A DNA stretch of 62,172 bases, the filler included, from Sphacelaria rigidula (taxonomy: Eukaryota), in the NCBI GenBank assembly GCA_964200075.2. It is 11 parts of 11 records of this genome, joined end to end, with 100 filler letters (N's around TTAATTAATTAA, not from the genome) between each part and the next. Parts side by side here need not be neighbours in the genome. Positions count along the whole stretch, not along the records: positions 11,325 to 16,886 come from CAXNAA020026319.1; positions 16,987 to 22,547 come from CAXNAA020026320.1; positions 22,648 to 28,208 come from CAXNAA020026321.1; 8 more parts are not named here. One strand, given 5' to 3'. The translations under genes and the position numbers were made by a program. This document shows, one piece after another, positions 11,949 through 24,914 of the stretch. Position 1 is the stretch's first letter. Every line of letters begins with the position of its first letter. Under the pieces are notes generated by a model, which was not told where the DNA came from, searched no databases, and saw only the letters and a program-made list of their open reading frames with translations.

Positions 11949-14900
11949 TGTGGACTCTACCCACCATTGTTACCTAAGGTCAGGGACATTGTAGGTAGAG
12001 TTGCAGGTCTGATTGCCGGACTCTATGATGGTGACCTCCATGACGAGTACTGCCGGTTTGCCACTCTGGTGGAGAGAGGCTATGGTCCTGTTCTCCCGTA
12101 CTATGCTGAAGGTTAATACATAAATATGTAAAGCTGCTGAAGTCCATGTGCCCGTGATGGGAGGAGTCCACATGACGACCTGATCTTGAGTGACAGAAGT
12201 CTACAATGCACGTTCATGAAGTCCGCTGACTGGCGGTAGGTCCGCTAAAAAGCAGCTGACACTTCAAGACAGGAAAGTCTGCAGGCCTGATCAGTTTGTA
12301 GCAAACAAGACTAGCTCAAGGCGTCTTAACGTCACGAGGAGTTGGAGAAGTAGAGCTGAGGTGGTTCTGAGGCAGTGCTAGGGTGGGCTGTGGTATCGCT
12401 CGTGCGAGAGGTGCGGGGGGTTGACCGACAGCTGGCGAGCCCGTGCGCGTTCCAGAAAAAGCGGCACAATTACCGTAGTGCCTGGTGGAGCCAGCGAGGG
12501 TTTTGTGTTTCACGCTCGGCCAGATACAGGAAGAGGAGTCTAAGGACTTCAAACACATGGTGAGACTTGCGTGAGGAAGAGACGCTGTGGCTATTGTCGT
12601 TTGGTGACCAAGCGCATCTTGGTATAAGGAGAGAGTTGTTGCTCCTGTGAGTGGGAGGCGACTTCGTTTTTCAAAAAGGCGGTATGGAGTGTTGTACTGC
12701 TGACCGAAATGTACGAGGTGCAGGAGTATGTCGCGGTGGACGGCCATGTTGTTTGTGCGCCGCAACAATATGTTGTTGTCGATGGTCGCGCTGTCCGTGT
12801 ACGATTTCTGGATATGCCCTACTACGATCGCAAGTTCTCAGATGAAAAATCTGCTCAGTTTCTGCGGACGTACGAGGACTACCTTTCGTGAGGTGCACGC
12901 AACGAACGAGCGTCGAGCACGCTGGCACGTTGTTGAGGAGCCAGCGGTCTCTGACCTCATACCCGAACATATCGAGAACTGTCTATATGACACATTTTTG
13001 GATGATGCGAATGATGTTGGACAAGAGAAATTGCTCTTTGCGCTGCGCAAGCATGCATCTCATGCATCACCGAGTGCGGTGCAAGATAGTGTGAAGGTCC
13101 GCGGCGGTGGAGACAGGCACGACATTTTGACGGGCAAGAAGGCGACACAACATAGGCCTGTCCGAGTGCGCAGGCACGAGAGTGCTAGAGGCGTTGACGC
13201 TATTGCCGTAGAGGAGCAAGCCGGACAGAAGGTGGCGGCTGTAGCGAGTATGGGTAATACTGCTGCTGATGATGGCGATGTTGAGAGGGCGGGGCCTACA
13301 TGGGCCACTGAGCAAGTACTTGTGGGCGGAGGTTCCAGTTGCATGAGGCCGCAGCGCAAAGCTGGATATACTCCTTGTATGCTCACCGCTGCAAGGGGGT
13401 GTTATTCGCGTATTGCGAGCGAGCAGGGTGAGCAAGGAGCTTGCCGTGCTAATGGTGAGTCTATCTGCGCCAGTGACATGGCGGGAGATCGGTCAGATGA
13501 TTCGCAGGGGTGTCCGCTGGAAGGACAGGTGGATGCCGGGTTGGCAGAATTGCCGCCGGAGCAGCGCGTAGCTGTGGACACGCCTTGTATGATCGAAACA
13601 ACAGGGGCGTGTGACCCGTTTGAAGCGGGTACGCAGAGGGAGCTGCAAGCTCGTGATGCTGTCAGCGATCACAATTCTGACGGCGACGACGAGCGTCACG
13701 TGGTGCCGGGGTGGTGTGTGCATTGCTGTTTACATGGACAGGTTTGGCGTATTTGGCGGCGATGGCGGAGGTGTCTCTCCACTGTTGCGCCGCGGGGTGT
13801 TTGAGGAGGATAGTGTACCACTATCAGGAGGTGTTGCTGTTCGGGACTGTGTAGCTGTTCCCGTTTCGTCTCTGGTTTTCTCTGTGAAACTGACTGAAGC
13901 ACAGGTATTCAGTACTGCCCAAGTATCTGTAGAGGCAGATGATCTGTCGCATTGGTTTGGCGGTGCGAATATACCTTTTAGAGGCGCGTTGAGCTACACC
14001 ATGGGGGTGCCAGGTGTAGCTAGACTGAAAGTGCAAGGAGGGAGTGTCCGAGAGGAAAGGGTGCTCTACGCTGTGCACGGGGTTGTGGTTCGAGTGTTGC
14101 TGTTTCTCAGGCGCGGGTTGGAGGACTACAAAGAAGGCATTACCTGAGGTGCTTGCTGTTGTGGTGAGCGCCGACTTGGGTACTGATCTTGAGGAGCAAG
14201 CGCTGTGGTGATTAAGTGCTTACTGAGAGTGAGGAGACACGTCATGACTGGTATTCGCGAATCGTTTTGAGAATGACTGCAGCGTGTCATTGTGTGTTTT
14301 GTGGTCATGCTTGATCATGAGACATGGTTGTTGAGCGAGTATGATCGTGTCGCGTGTGCAGGCTAAAACTCTGGCGTACACGTGTATATTTGGCATGTGT
14401 GTGTTGTGCTGATCTGGTTGGCACGGACGATGCATGGTGTTTGCTGCGAGGAAGGTGGCATCGCATGTGCTGAGTGAAATATTGGCATGCATGTGCGGAT
14501 TTTCATGTGCTGAGTGGAATTTTGGCAGGCAAGTGCGAATTTTTGCTCGAATGGTACTGATATGAATGGGTATCTGGTGACGATCTAGGGTGGAGCAGTT
14601 TTCAATGTACTGCTATATGCGAAACGAAGTGAAGCTCGTATAATCTTGTTCACGCAGGAACAGAGTCGAATCATATTTGTGCGGTTTGCACGTACTGAGT
14701 TCAGGATATATGGATTGCTGCTGTTAGCGTGAAAATGAGCACAAATGTACGAAGTGCGTAGGCTCGTCGTATGTGAGCAGGTATGACGCTAGTCCTTCCG
14801 GTGGTTGAAGATAAAGACATCATGCGCGCATGCATCAATGATCTTCGACCGTGGCATGTTCTTGTATGGATTGTCACGTGTTTGAACGAGCACGTGGTTG

Positions 14901-15610
14901 GTTTTTTCGTTCATGTCAGAACGAGCATGTGGATGAGGCGTCCATTTGTTCGAAGAACTGATGCAGGTGGACTGCATGCAAGAGTGTCGAGGGAATCATT
15001 ATTTCTACATTTTGGCTGATGCACGGATGGGATATGACGGTCCAAGATCCAAACGAGATATAGAAATGTCCGGGATTTGCTCGAAAACAAGAGTTCGAGA
15101 ACGAGATCACAAGGGGTGATGAACGATGGCGGAGGTCGAGGTTCGTTCGCCGTCGTTGAATCAGTATGCATGACTTGACTAGGGGTTTGAGTCATGGCTT
15201 TCTTTTGATTGTCTGAATAAAATGATGGCAAGTTGAAGCATTGAAGCTTTGACGGCGGGGAGGCATGCAATGCATACGTTTTTGACGGTGTTGCAGTCGC
15301 AAGAGGCTAGGTGCGTTTTAGACGTGTTGGGTGCTTATTTCCTTCTAGCGTGAGGGTGATGTATCATTTGGCTGTTGCAATACGTTGAGCAGGTGTTGAA
15401 CGTACTAAGAGTAAATTTTGTATGTTGAGACGATGAGTCACGAAAGCTCTGGGATTTGACGTTTGCTGACATTTTCGGTTTCGTGCCGATGAATAGTCAA
15501 GAGACTTGTTTTGGGCGAAGATTTGAGAATTCGGCGCTAGCTATCGCTTTGCAACTCGAAGTGGTGCAAGTAGCGTGATTTCATGTTCATGATGGACGAT
15601 ATTTTCTTAT
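11949..15610 (+). mobile_element. LTR retrotransposon-like element: 5' LTR, PBS-like site, decayed gag-like ORF
   Basis: Starts TGTGG at 11949; putative LTR ends CA at 12557, followed directly by TGGTGAGACTTGCG (PBS-like). Frameshifted ORF from about 12700 (QFLRTYEDYL / EVHATNERR...LIPEHIENCLYDTF...LLFALRKHA) looks gag-like by position and helical character (inference). No RT or integrase motif seen. Confidence 0.6.
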
Positions 15611-16886
15611 AGCACACAGCAAAAATATTCGAGCTTTATTTCATATAGCACACAGCAGTGTATTGAAAATTGCCTCACTCTGATTTTCACCAGACATCAT
15701 ACACGTCAGTCACACATACATGCTAATATTTCGCTCAGCAGCTTCTTTGCAGAAACCGCAATGTATCATGCGTGCCAACCAGAGCAACACAACACATAGA
15801 TCCAGGAACCACACCACAACCACCTACAATCGTCCACAAAACGACTTAGGTATACAAGTCATAATGTGCTTCCTCATTCTCAACAAGCAATTACACCATC
15901 ACTTGCTCCTTAACATCATCCAACCCGCCGCTCACCAAAACATCAAGCACCCCAGGCAATGCCTTCCTTGTAATGCTCCTGCGCTCCTCCTGAGAAACAG
16001 TGGCACTTCGGCTACAATCTCGTCCACATCATGGAGCGTCATTCCCACTAGAACAGTCGCTCCTCGTATCATAGATACAGCTCCAGCTCTCATAGCTCTC
16101 CCGAAAATCGGTGGTCAATGCCCACTGCACGGCATGTACCAAACCCACCCAGGCATTAGCATCGCGTCTTCCTTTCTGCATTATGATCTTCAAGGTCCGA
16201 ACAATGTCACGCATCTTTCGCTCACGTTCAAAATGTGACAACCGCGAGTTGGCCACCACGCATCTGCGATCCATTACCGCCTTCTCGACTTCTCTCACCA
16301 CACGATTCCCATATTGTGATGCCGTATCGAGCCCTTGTACCGTCGTCGCCGCCGTACAAGACTCCGCAGGCTCCAACCGAACGACGTCGCTTGGGTCATC
16401 CGTCGTTCCCAATATGTACTTGAACAGATCTCCTTCGTCCAAGCCATTGTCTCCCAGTGGACAATCCTCGCCAACACTGAGAAAATGGAAATCAAGCACC
16501 TACCCTGGGCGAGCACCATGCACCACCTCCTTGTGGGGACGGAGAATTTCCTTCCCTGTTTTGTGTGCACTCATCCAGAGAAAACAGAACTCTTTGGGCG
16601 TTGCAATCGCCGCTATCGCACACACTACCTGCACACTGCAGTAAGCGAGCCCGAGTGCCACCAATGTTGCGATGCAGCGTGCCAACGACGCCATCCTGAC
16701 CGGAAAGTATGCCTCCGGCCCAGCCTTTACGTCTACAGCAACAGGGTTGAAATTCACCATCAAGGGCTCGACGCCAGCAGGCGGATAACCATGCTGCACT
16801 CGTCTGAAATGCTCGCTCTGTTCCGTACAGGCTCACGAATCTGACTCACGTCGCTCTCCGATATGCCGTTATCCGCGGCGGTTTGT
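15610..16886 (-). mobile_element. Third, inverted copy of the internal region of the same element family
   Basis: Reverse complement of about 15610-16030 aligns with about 14070-14650 (ctgtttctcagg, gaaggcatt, ggtgagcg, ctggttggcacg, tctggtga, ttttcaat); strand skew flips from G/T-rich to C/A-rich. Confidence 0.7.
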
Positions 16887-17333
16887 NNNNNNNNNNNNNN
16901 NNNNNNNNNNNNNNNNNNNNNNNNNNNNNNTTAATTAATTAANNNNNNNNNNNNNNNNNNNNNNNNNNNNNNNNNNNNNNNNNNNNCCCCTTCGCTGGGG
17001 GGGGGCCGGCGCGCCTTTTGGTGGGGGGGACACCCCGCCTTGTGCCGGGCTCCCCCCCCCCCCCCCCCCGTCACAAATCAGGAAAACTACGGTTTCGGTA
17101 GGCGCTGTAAGCTCACAGAGTCGGTGAAACGCGCTGAAGAACTATCTACGCGATCGAGAGGCATCAAGTCGATGAACACATCATTGGGCACCATCGCTGA
17201 AAATGTGAATAAATACCTCTTTTGGGCTTGGACCTCGGTTTAGTGTACAACCTCAAATTTTAGAATTGTCTGTTCGTTGCTGCCTTTCCAGCAACGATTT
17301 GAAGCGGTATTTCGTGGAAGAAATGACACAAAT

Positions 17334-17383
<50 letters not shown>

Positions 17384-18389
17384 ACNNNNNNNNNNTTTTT
17401 GTTGTTTTTCTGCTGCCCTACCTTCATTACAAAAGGTGTTTGATGTGTAAAAAAAAAAAAAATACCCACCCCCCCCCCCCCCCCCTCCACACCCCCGCTA
17501 TCGTAGCATGTTAATGGTCAAACGAATAAGGCAATATATCGTAGCATGACCCATCTACTCTAGTAAAGGGACGTACTTGACGTGTGGAATTTAAATTGGT
17601 CTCACGTGTACGGGTTGTAGACCGCGTTTAGCGTGAAGGACATACGTGTGTGACGTGTGATGGGATCGCAAAACAGCGATCCCTTCCAGCCCCCTCTGTT
17701 TTCTTCACTGAGCTCTGTCTCTCGGTTACCCCGACCACAAGATCTGCTAACGACAAACCTCCACACAGCACTCCCCGGGTACCTCAACCAACCAACAGTG
17801 GACAACTAATTAAAAATATTCAAGGAGGAATCGCGATACTTCATTATGCGGAAAGAGATCCTCCTGATGCACTCGGGAAAAGTATGACGTGCCCCTGCAG
17901 ATTCGCTCGATATTGATCGACGACTTCGAGGAGGGGTCGGGGTCGAATTAGTTACATCCATGAGAGGAGATATCTCTCGGAAGTTGCGCGCCTTTTTCAT
18001 GCTCCCAAAGATCCAGGAGAAGAAGCAATCGAACAATAATATCATCGCCACGCGAAGGAGCCGTTCAATTTTTATCTTCTCAATCCTATGAGACGCATGG
18101 AAATAAAATAATAAGCTAGTAACGAGTGATGTTTTCCCATCAATAGTGTATCGTGTTTGTGTCTACAGGTTCTGAATTTCTCTGACCCTAACCCTGTACT
18201 GTCAAGGGTGTATGTGTACTTGAGTGAATGAATTTACGTCGCCACTAGACTGGCTGGCAAGGACCGAGGGTACTACGGCCAGTTGGGGTTGTCAGATTTG
18301 GTCGAGTACGTTTAATTTCATTCGGGGGTGGTGGTCAATACATCAAAAATCATACAACCCCCACACCTGCCGGGCGCAAGAGGGCATTT

Positions 18390-18720
18390 CAAGGGTAACC
18401 TTCGAGAATGAGGTTGGTTTTTGAAATGAATTTCAGATCCCGAACAGTGCTCTCCTTGGCCTAAAACGTCATGACGAACGAGTTTTATATGGACGACCTC
18501 ATGCTCCCCGACCTACGTCAAAACTATTATTGCTGGGGTCCGCCGCCTTGCGTAGTTCCAAAGAGTATGTTAGGAAACACCTTTTTGCCTCGATCTCGGG
18601 TGAGAATGAGGACGCTTTTAGCCCGAGAATGGTGCTTTTTCATGCACCCTGTCGGGGAACGGAAGACCGACAACCCCCCAAAATAGTTTCAGAGAGGTCG
18701 GAGTCATGAGTCTCAGAAGC
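18390..18720. mobile_element. Diverged partial copy of the MITE at 26308-26707
   Basis: Shared blocks ggacgacct, cccgacct, ttttgcctcgat, gcccgagaat, gaggtcgg. Confidence 0.65.
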
Positions 18721-19374
18721 GGCGAGAGGTATTCTTCGGATATGCGGGTCTATTGATAGACCTTGGGTTTTGTGACGCATTGTACCGCGCTCGTTATTGT
18801 CATGATAACGAGGTCATACAAAGTTTAGCCGAGCCACACCCCTACCTTGGTCACCTGTTGGCTTGTCTCGCTGACTTGCCCTGCTTGCTTGCGTGCTAGC
18901 TTCTGCTACTCTGGCACCAACGCTGCACTCTGCTCTTATATTGGCGCTTCGGCTATACTGAGCTAGAAAAAATAAGATATGTCACCGAAACATGAATGTC
19001 TCTTCCTTTCAGCATTTTCCTGAGAATTTCTGCGTGGTTTCGTAAGGAAGACAAGGTCTGTACACGCACGCGGCCATTTGGCTACCCCCTTAAAATCATC
19101 TATCGCGATTTTCATCCTCTCGAGGGTAAAGTGACCCTCCCGAGGAAAAAAATACCCTCTACAGGGTATGTCATACCCGGTTCTGGTCATAACACGAATC
19201 CTCTGGAGGGCATCTGATGCTCAAGTGACTTCTGAGGTCTGAATCCCTCCAGCTTACCAACAATATGGTGCTCTGGAGTACTTGATTTTCGTGAACGTCC
19301 CTCAGGGAAATATAAACAGCAGCGAGAAACATGAGCATCTTCCCTTTGGACGAGGGACCGACTATGGCCTCTAA

Positions 19375-22070
19375 GGCATTTGTTGCGACTCCGGAGGACA
19401 TAGCCGTGCACTATCCTCCAGCGTGAACATGTACACTTGTGCATTTGTGTGCTAACTGCTTTCAGGGCACCTCTGAGACCCAAGCAATTTCGTGGTATGG
19501 AGCATCACGCCAGATACATATGAATCACCCGCTGTTCACAGATTGAACCACACAAAGCCGACAACACTTATTCCCAGCTACCAGCAAAGAGCACGAGTTG
19601 GGCACAGGGATATAGATACACACTGCCGTAGTTGGGTGTGATATATGTCTTGTTAGTGGAAGTTTAAACTTGAGCATCTTCTTTCATGGTCGCGGAGTCG
19701 CGCGGTGCCGGAGCCATGCGGGGTAGGATGCGGGCAATAAACGGCGGCTCATTGCATACACACTCATGGACAGTTATGGGCGCGCCTGACCCCCCAAAAC
19801 GAGCGAAAAAAGTGTCACCGACCGAAAGCACGAACGGACCGGAGATTTCGTTCATCTCCTGATTATGCACGCCGTAAAATCCCCCAAAGCACTTGTGATT
19901 TGAGTGGGGTTTCCACTTGATGATTTCCCATTTTCGTCGTCCCGGACTACGAACCACGGCGTGCCTAGGCTACTCACCGGCGTGTGTTTGTCCAAGCTAC
20001 AATCTGGAAACAGTGTGGAACCAAAGGAGATATGGTGATCGAGAAAATCGCAAAAACACATATTTTGTTTCACTTAATTTGGTATAAAACTCCAATCCCG
20101 ATGAGACCAAAAAAATCGACCGCCAGATTTGTAGCTGCCGTCTTGGCGCAGATGGTGCAAAACATCACATCCCAATCGATCGCCTTGGCGATGAGTAATG
20201 GGAGCAACCGTTTGGGCTATGAGCGCAAACCAGCGCCCCCAACACTCACCGATTTCCACGACATGCGAAACCCTCACCCCTATCCAAGGGCCTCAGAATG
20301 GATTATACCCATGAACGATTCTTGATAGTGCAGATGATTGATACATCGCATGTGTGGAATGATCGGCAGGTGTAGAATTTGATCCTCTGACCGAACCCCT
20401 AGAGGCTTCCGTGTCTGCGGATATTTACCCCCACCTGTGCATCGCTTGTGATGGTGGTAAGAGTAGCGCTTGTTCTCCTGCACCCGGTGCCATCCCCACG
20501 CCACCATCGATAGCGTAGCTTTGTATCTAATCTCACCTTGCAGGAAGTGTGGACAAATTCTGAACTGAAGGAGAAAAGTAAGCCACAGAGCAAACTGGCA
20601 TTCAAAAAGAGAGAGCAGTATCCGTAATGGCAACACACTCCAACAGCTGTTATAGACACGATCATGAGTCGCAAGAACGAAGGCAAGAATCATCTTTGCG
20701 ACCTTGCAGCAGCGAAGCGAACAAATTATATCACCAAACCTAACCCTAACCACAACAAGGGCATACCGAGAATCCTCGGGCAAGGCGGGTGCAACCTGTT
20801 CCCTAAGCGAAGTGTGCGTTGCCAGGCCTCAGATCGGTGCCCCAGGCCCGATTCAGACAAAAACGCGTTGTGGGCACGCTAGGAGCATGCTAGAAGCACA
20901 GCTCCCATGAAAAGATCCGGATTTCGGTTTTCACAATAAAATCAAGATGGGTCAACTTACCCTCCCGAATGGTCGACTATACTGCGTGAAGACGACACAG
21001 AAGACAGCAGAAAGCCGTTAGCCCACTTTTGCTGAAGCCATATGGCACCGAAGCCCCATTCATGTATTTCAGTGCACCAACACGTCCTAAGACACGCGTC
21101 CGTTGTATCGGCATTGGTGGGTGACGACCGACGGTTTGTTTTCATTCCCTCTTGGAACACGATATCCTAGGAGTCCGATGAAAATCATGCATATTCATAA
21201 AATGAAAAGGCATACCCACGGAACAACAAATACGCTAGAACAGGGCGAGTCATTCATCCGCTAAATTGTAGAACGACGGGATCCGATAAATCAAACTCCT
21301 CAAAACATGACGAGGAAGTCGACCAACATCCGCCCGGCCTTCATGACACACCCGGCGACTTTGCTCCACTAGCTGTGTAAGGGCCGTCCTCGTCGAAGTT
21401 CATCAGTACATATGCTTCTGTCACATATTGAGCATATGATTTTGCAAAAATAGATGATTCAGCGTTCCGTTTCAGGTGTTGGGCTACAAATGTCAATGGT
21501 TGATATTACTTGGTTTGAGTTTGTACAACGAGAATCGGAATTCAAGCAGCACTGACAGTCCCATGGGCTCCTCTTGTGAGCAGAACGTGTTTTCGTTGAA
21601 ATCGGCGCCACAGGCGCAGATTTGGGGTCTACCAAGGCCTTGCTTTGTTCAGAGAATGCATGTACCGCCCTTACCCGAGGGTTCTCGATGTGCGTTGGGT
21701 TGAGTCAACCCAACTAGCCTCCTGGCATTCCAGCGTATCGCAAGCGTGGACGAAAAGCTACGCAGTGGCATGCAATATATGAGGAATACCAACGGAAGTA
21801 ACGGTAGGGTTCTATATGAATTTTGGATCCATGTCGTTCTCTTCCGACGACGTTGGGCATGTTTCACTCGACGAGCCTAGATAAGCCGCAAAAGTCGGCC
21901 TGTTCGTGTATTTTCGTGCTTTCGGTCGGCGACACTTTGTTTGCTCAGTTTGGGGGGTCAGCCGCGCCCATAACAGTGCAGGAAGACAAAGGTGCGCACA
22001 CTGTTCAAGTGTTTTTCACGTCGCACTGTAAGCAGAAAATATACATAAAGCCCTGCGCTGCCTGTGTTGT
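19375..22070. repeat. Dispersed repeat interrupted by a 2.2-kb insertion
   Basis: 19375-19774 plus 21973-22070 together align with the reverse complement of the continuous copy at about 30825-31335. Confidence 0.85.
19775..21972. mobile_element. Non-autonomous TIR element with 5-bp TSD
   Basis: About 60-bp TIRs (TATGGGCGCGCCTGACCCCCCAAA...CCGACCGAAAGCACGAA); ACAGT is duplicated at 19770-19774 and 21973-21977; the empty site at 30914-30918 has one copy. Confidence 0.88.
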
Positions 22071-22789
22071 ATACTCCGCCCGCTTGTCTTTTAGGTTCTC
22101 CTGACGAAAGTTGGCGTCGTGATTTATACTGTAGCTGACAGTATATAACACCCCCATGTACCCAAAGCTACAGGCATCCACTTTGTATACTATAGCCACA
22201 CGTAGCGCATATGCCGCGCTAAGTCTACAGTATATTGCACTGCACACATATACGCACTACATGTCACTGTCCTGCACGGCATTGTACAGTTCAGTACAGC
22301 ACCAAGCCGTGCTTATTGTTGTGCTAGTCATACCACCATCACAGTACGCAGTGTAAAATCATCGAAGGTTTTCGCGTGTTCAATGGAAAAAATGCTGTAT
22401 TAATAGTTTTATTGAAATGGTGGAGACGGGACTACGGGATTTTCAAAACCTGCATGTATACATGTATAAGGTTCATACAGGTGTTGTGTGTGTTGTCGTC
22501 CCATTTATTCTGGGCGCCAGTCTACCTCTCTCGGGATATGTGGGCCANNNNNNNNNNNNNNNNNNNNNNNNNNNNNNNNNNNNNNNNNNNNTTAATTAAT
22601 TAANNNNNNNNNNNNNNNNNNNNNNNNNNNNNNNNNNNNNNNNNNNNGGAAGATTGCGTCGCTCGGTCGTAAGTGTTTCGCGTCTTCCCTGCGAAAGAGA
22701 AATGCCACTTCAACCTCATTTTTGAGATGAACCCCATTTTCTAGGATCCACTGTTAAATAGTGATTCGCCTGAGAAGTACATGCTTTTT

Positions 22790-23230
22790 AATTAATGTAA
22801 TTGATTCGCATCAATCCTCGGACTATTCAGCATTGCACCCGGGGAACGCACATCCCAGGTACTTTTGAAAAGCGTGGGGGAATGATTTGTCTCGTGATCA
22901 AAAATTGTCTTCTCTTTCGATCAATCAGGTCACAGATAAGTATCGTAGATTCGGTGATGCGAACCAGCGATGATGATTCGCCCGAGCCTTCAATTTTTCA
23001 GAGTCTTGACTCCAAAGCATGAAGTTTCGCGCATGGATTTTTTTGGGGTGTTGAGCGTGAACCTGCCTGTAGGGTGTTGGGTTAGACACACGGTGAAGTG
23101 TCCAGCATATCGAGGTTTGATGTGCAACCTGCACCGTATGGGTTCGAAACGGGCACATATTTCTTTTGTTCTCACTTCCACGCTTCGAACGAACTAGCTG
23201 GAGACACACACCAGCACTATTCACCCTTCA
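22790..23230 (+). repeat. Old dispersed repeat shared with about 45695-46190
   Basis: Collinear blocks aattgattcg, tcaatcc, ttcagc.ttgca, gatt.ggtgat.cgaacc, gatgattcg in both contigs. Confidence 0.5.
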
Positions 23231-23657
23231 CGAACTCCGATACAGCCTTGCCTATGTTGACCCACTCTGCCCACTATTATATAGTAGTCTGGCCACGGCG
23301 GCAGCTTTCGCTTTTTCAAGGCTTCGTGCGTTTTGGCGGGACTGACTCATTTTTCAAGACAGACTTTGGTTTTATAGTTATCACAAATCTTCGGAGGTGG
23401 AAACCCAGATCGACTAATCGCTCTCGCTGACTTTCATTTTTTTACATTGAAGAGGGGTACGCAGGACACTGGGAAGAGATGGAAACAGCGTGCAGTATAA
23501 TACTGTGTGCATGGGAGAGCGAGGACACGCTGATCGTTTTGATTTGGACCGATGTATTCAGTCGCTAGTGAAAAATGGCCTGTTATGTATTATACGGTAC
23601 AACAGTACCACCAACAGCAGAACAGACAATAGCAAGTACAATCGACACAGAAGATAA

Positions 23658-23864
23658 TAGAGAATTTCGGAAAACGCTTGTTTTGTCATTCCAGAGAGCA
23701 AATATCTCGGGATCAGAGTGTAACGACTTCGTTTTCCCCCCTCCGTCAAATGTGGTATCCCCTTGACGTTTTATTCGATGAGGGTGTTTTGTTTCATTCT
23801 GCACTCTGATCCTGAGATATTGGCTCTCTGAAATCGCAAAACAAGCGTTTCCCGAAACTTTCTA
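23658..23864. mobile_element. MITE with about 65-bp TIRs
   Basis: tagagaatttcggaaaacgcttgttttg...gatcagagtg is inverted as cactctgatc...caaaacaagcgtttcccgaaactttcta. Confidence 0.8.
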
Positions 23865-24914
23865 CAGTAGTAACATGAGAGAGACTATGCCACTGTCCTT
23901 GGAGTTGAGCCCGTGTGACATATGCTTGCAGGATCAACCGTGCTCGGAGCGTGACAATCCCCCCACGAAATTATGAACACATCAATATACTGCGAAAGCG
24001 TAGCAGGAGAAATTTGTATACTCTTTGCATACATCGCAGCAATACCTTGGGGGCGGCCAAAGTACACAACTTGCAAACCATGAAGAAAGTATGCACCTCA
24101 CGAACAAACGGCGCGGCGAAGACGGACGCACACGCTGTTCATATATATAGTTGACTTGTGACTCAAGCCTGTCAGGGGATCTCCAGCACAAAAGTTCTAT
24201 CCAGGTGCTCAACATCCACGTGTTCATGTAGTTGAAGAACCAACTATTTTGAGTCCAAAATGTGCCGTGGGTGTTTCAAGGCATCCGGGGCGTTCCCACC
24301 CACCCTAAGGGTTCAAGGGCTCGAAAACCTGTGATTTTATAGATGATAAAATATCGGGGGTTTTCGCACTGACCGTTACATATATAGTCTCCTTTTCTCG
24401 AGGGAAAACTAAAGCACACAACGAGCTGGCTGCGAAAACGATGGAAGTTTACTGAACATATCAGGGGCAAAATACAACCGACCATTTGCAGCTGAATGAG
24501 GAAGCTTGTGACGAGGGGAGTCGAAAAAATGTTTTTGATGCTGCTTCCGTGTTTACCACCCCCCTGCCCGGACTAGCTCCGTGGTGTTACGAAATACTGC
24601 TGTGCTCGTGAATGGGGCCCTATCTTGGAAAAGGGAAAATGAACCGACCAAAGACACAGTCAGTTTAATGTAGAAGACATGAAACCTAAATTAACCAATC
24701 AGTATCTATCACAAGTACACGCGTCACTTTAATTGACGACGGCGCTCACACAAAATGTACTATTGCCATAGTACATTCTACGCAACCCTGTGACTGACGT
24801 TGCTGTATACCTTTGCACAGGGTTACAACAACAGGAGGATAGAAGCTGCTGCTTTTGTTGTTGTTGTGCCCCTCTTGTTGCAGTATGTTGTTGTGCTCAT
24901 CTTTCAACGCAAAT

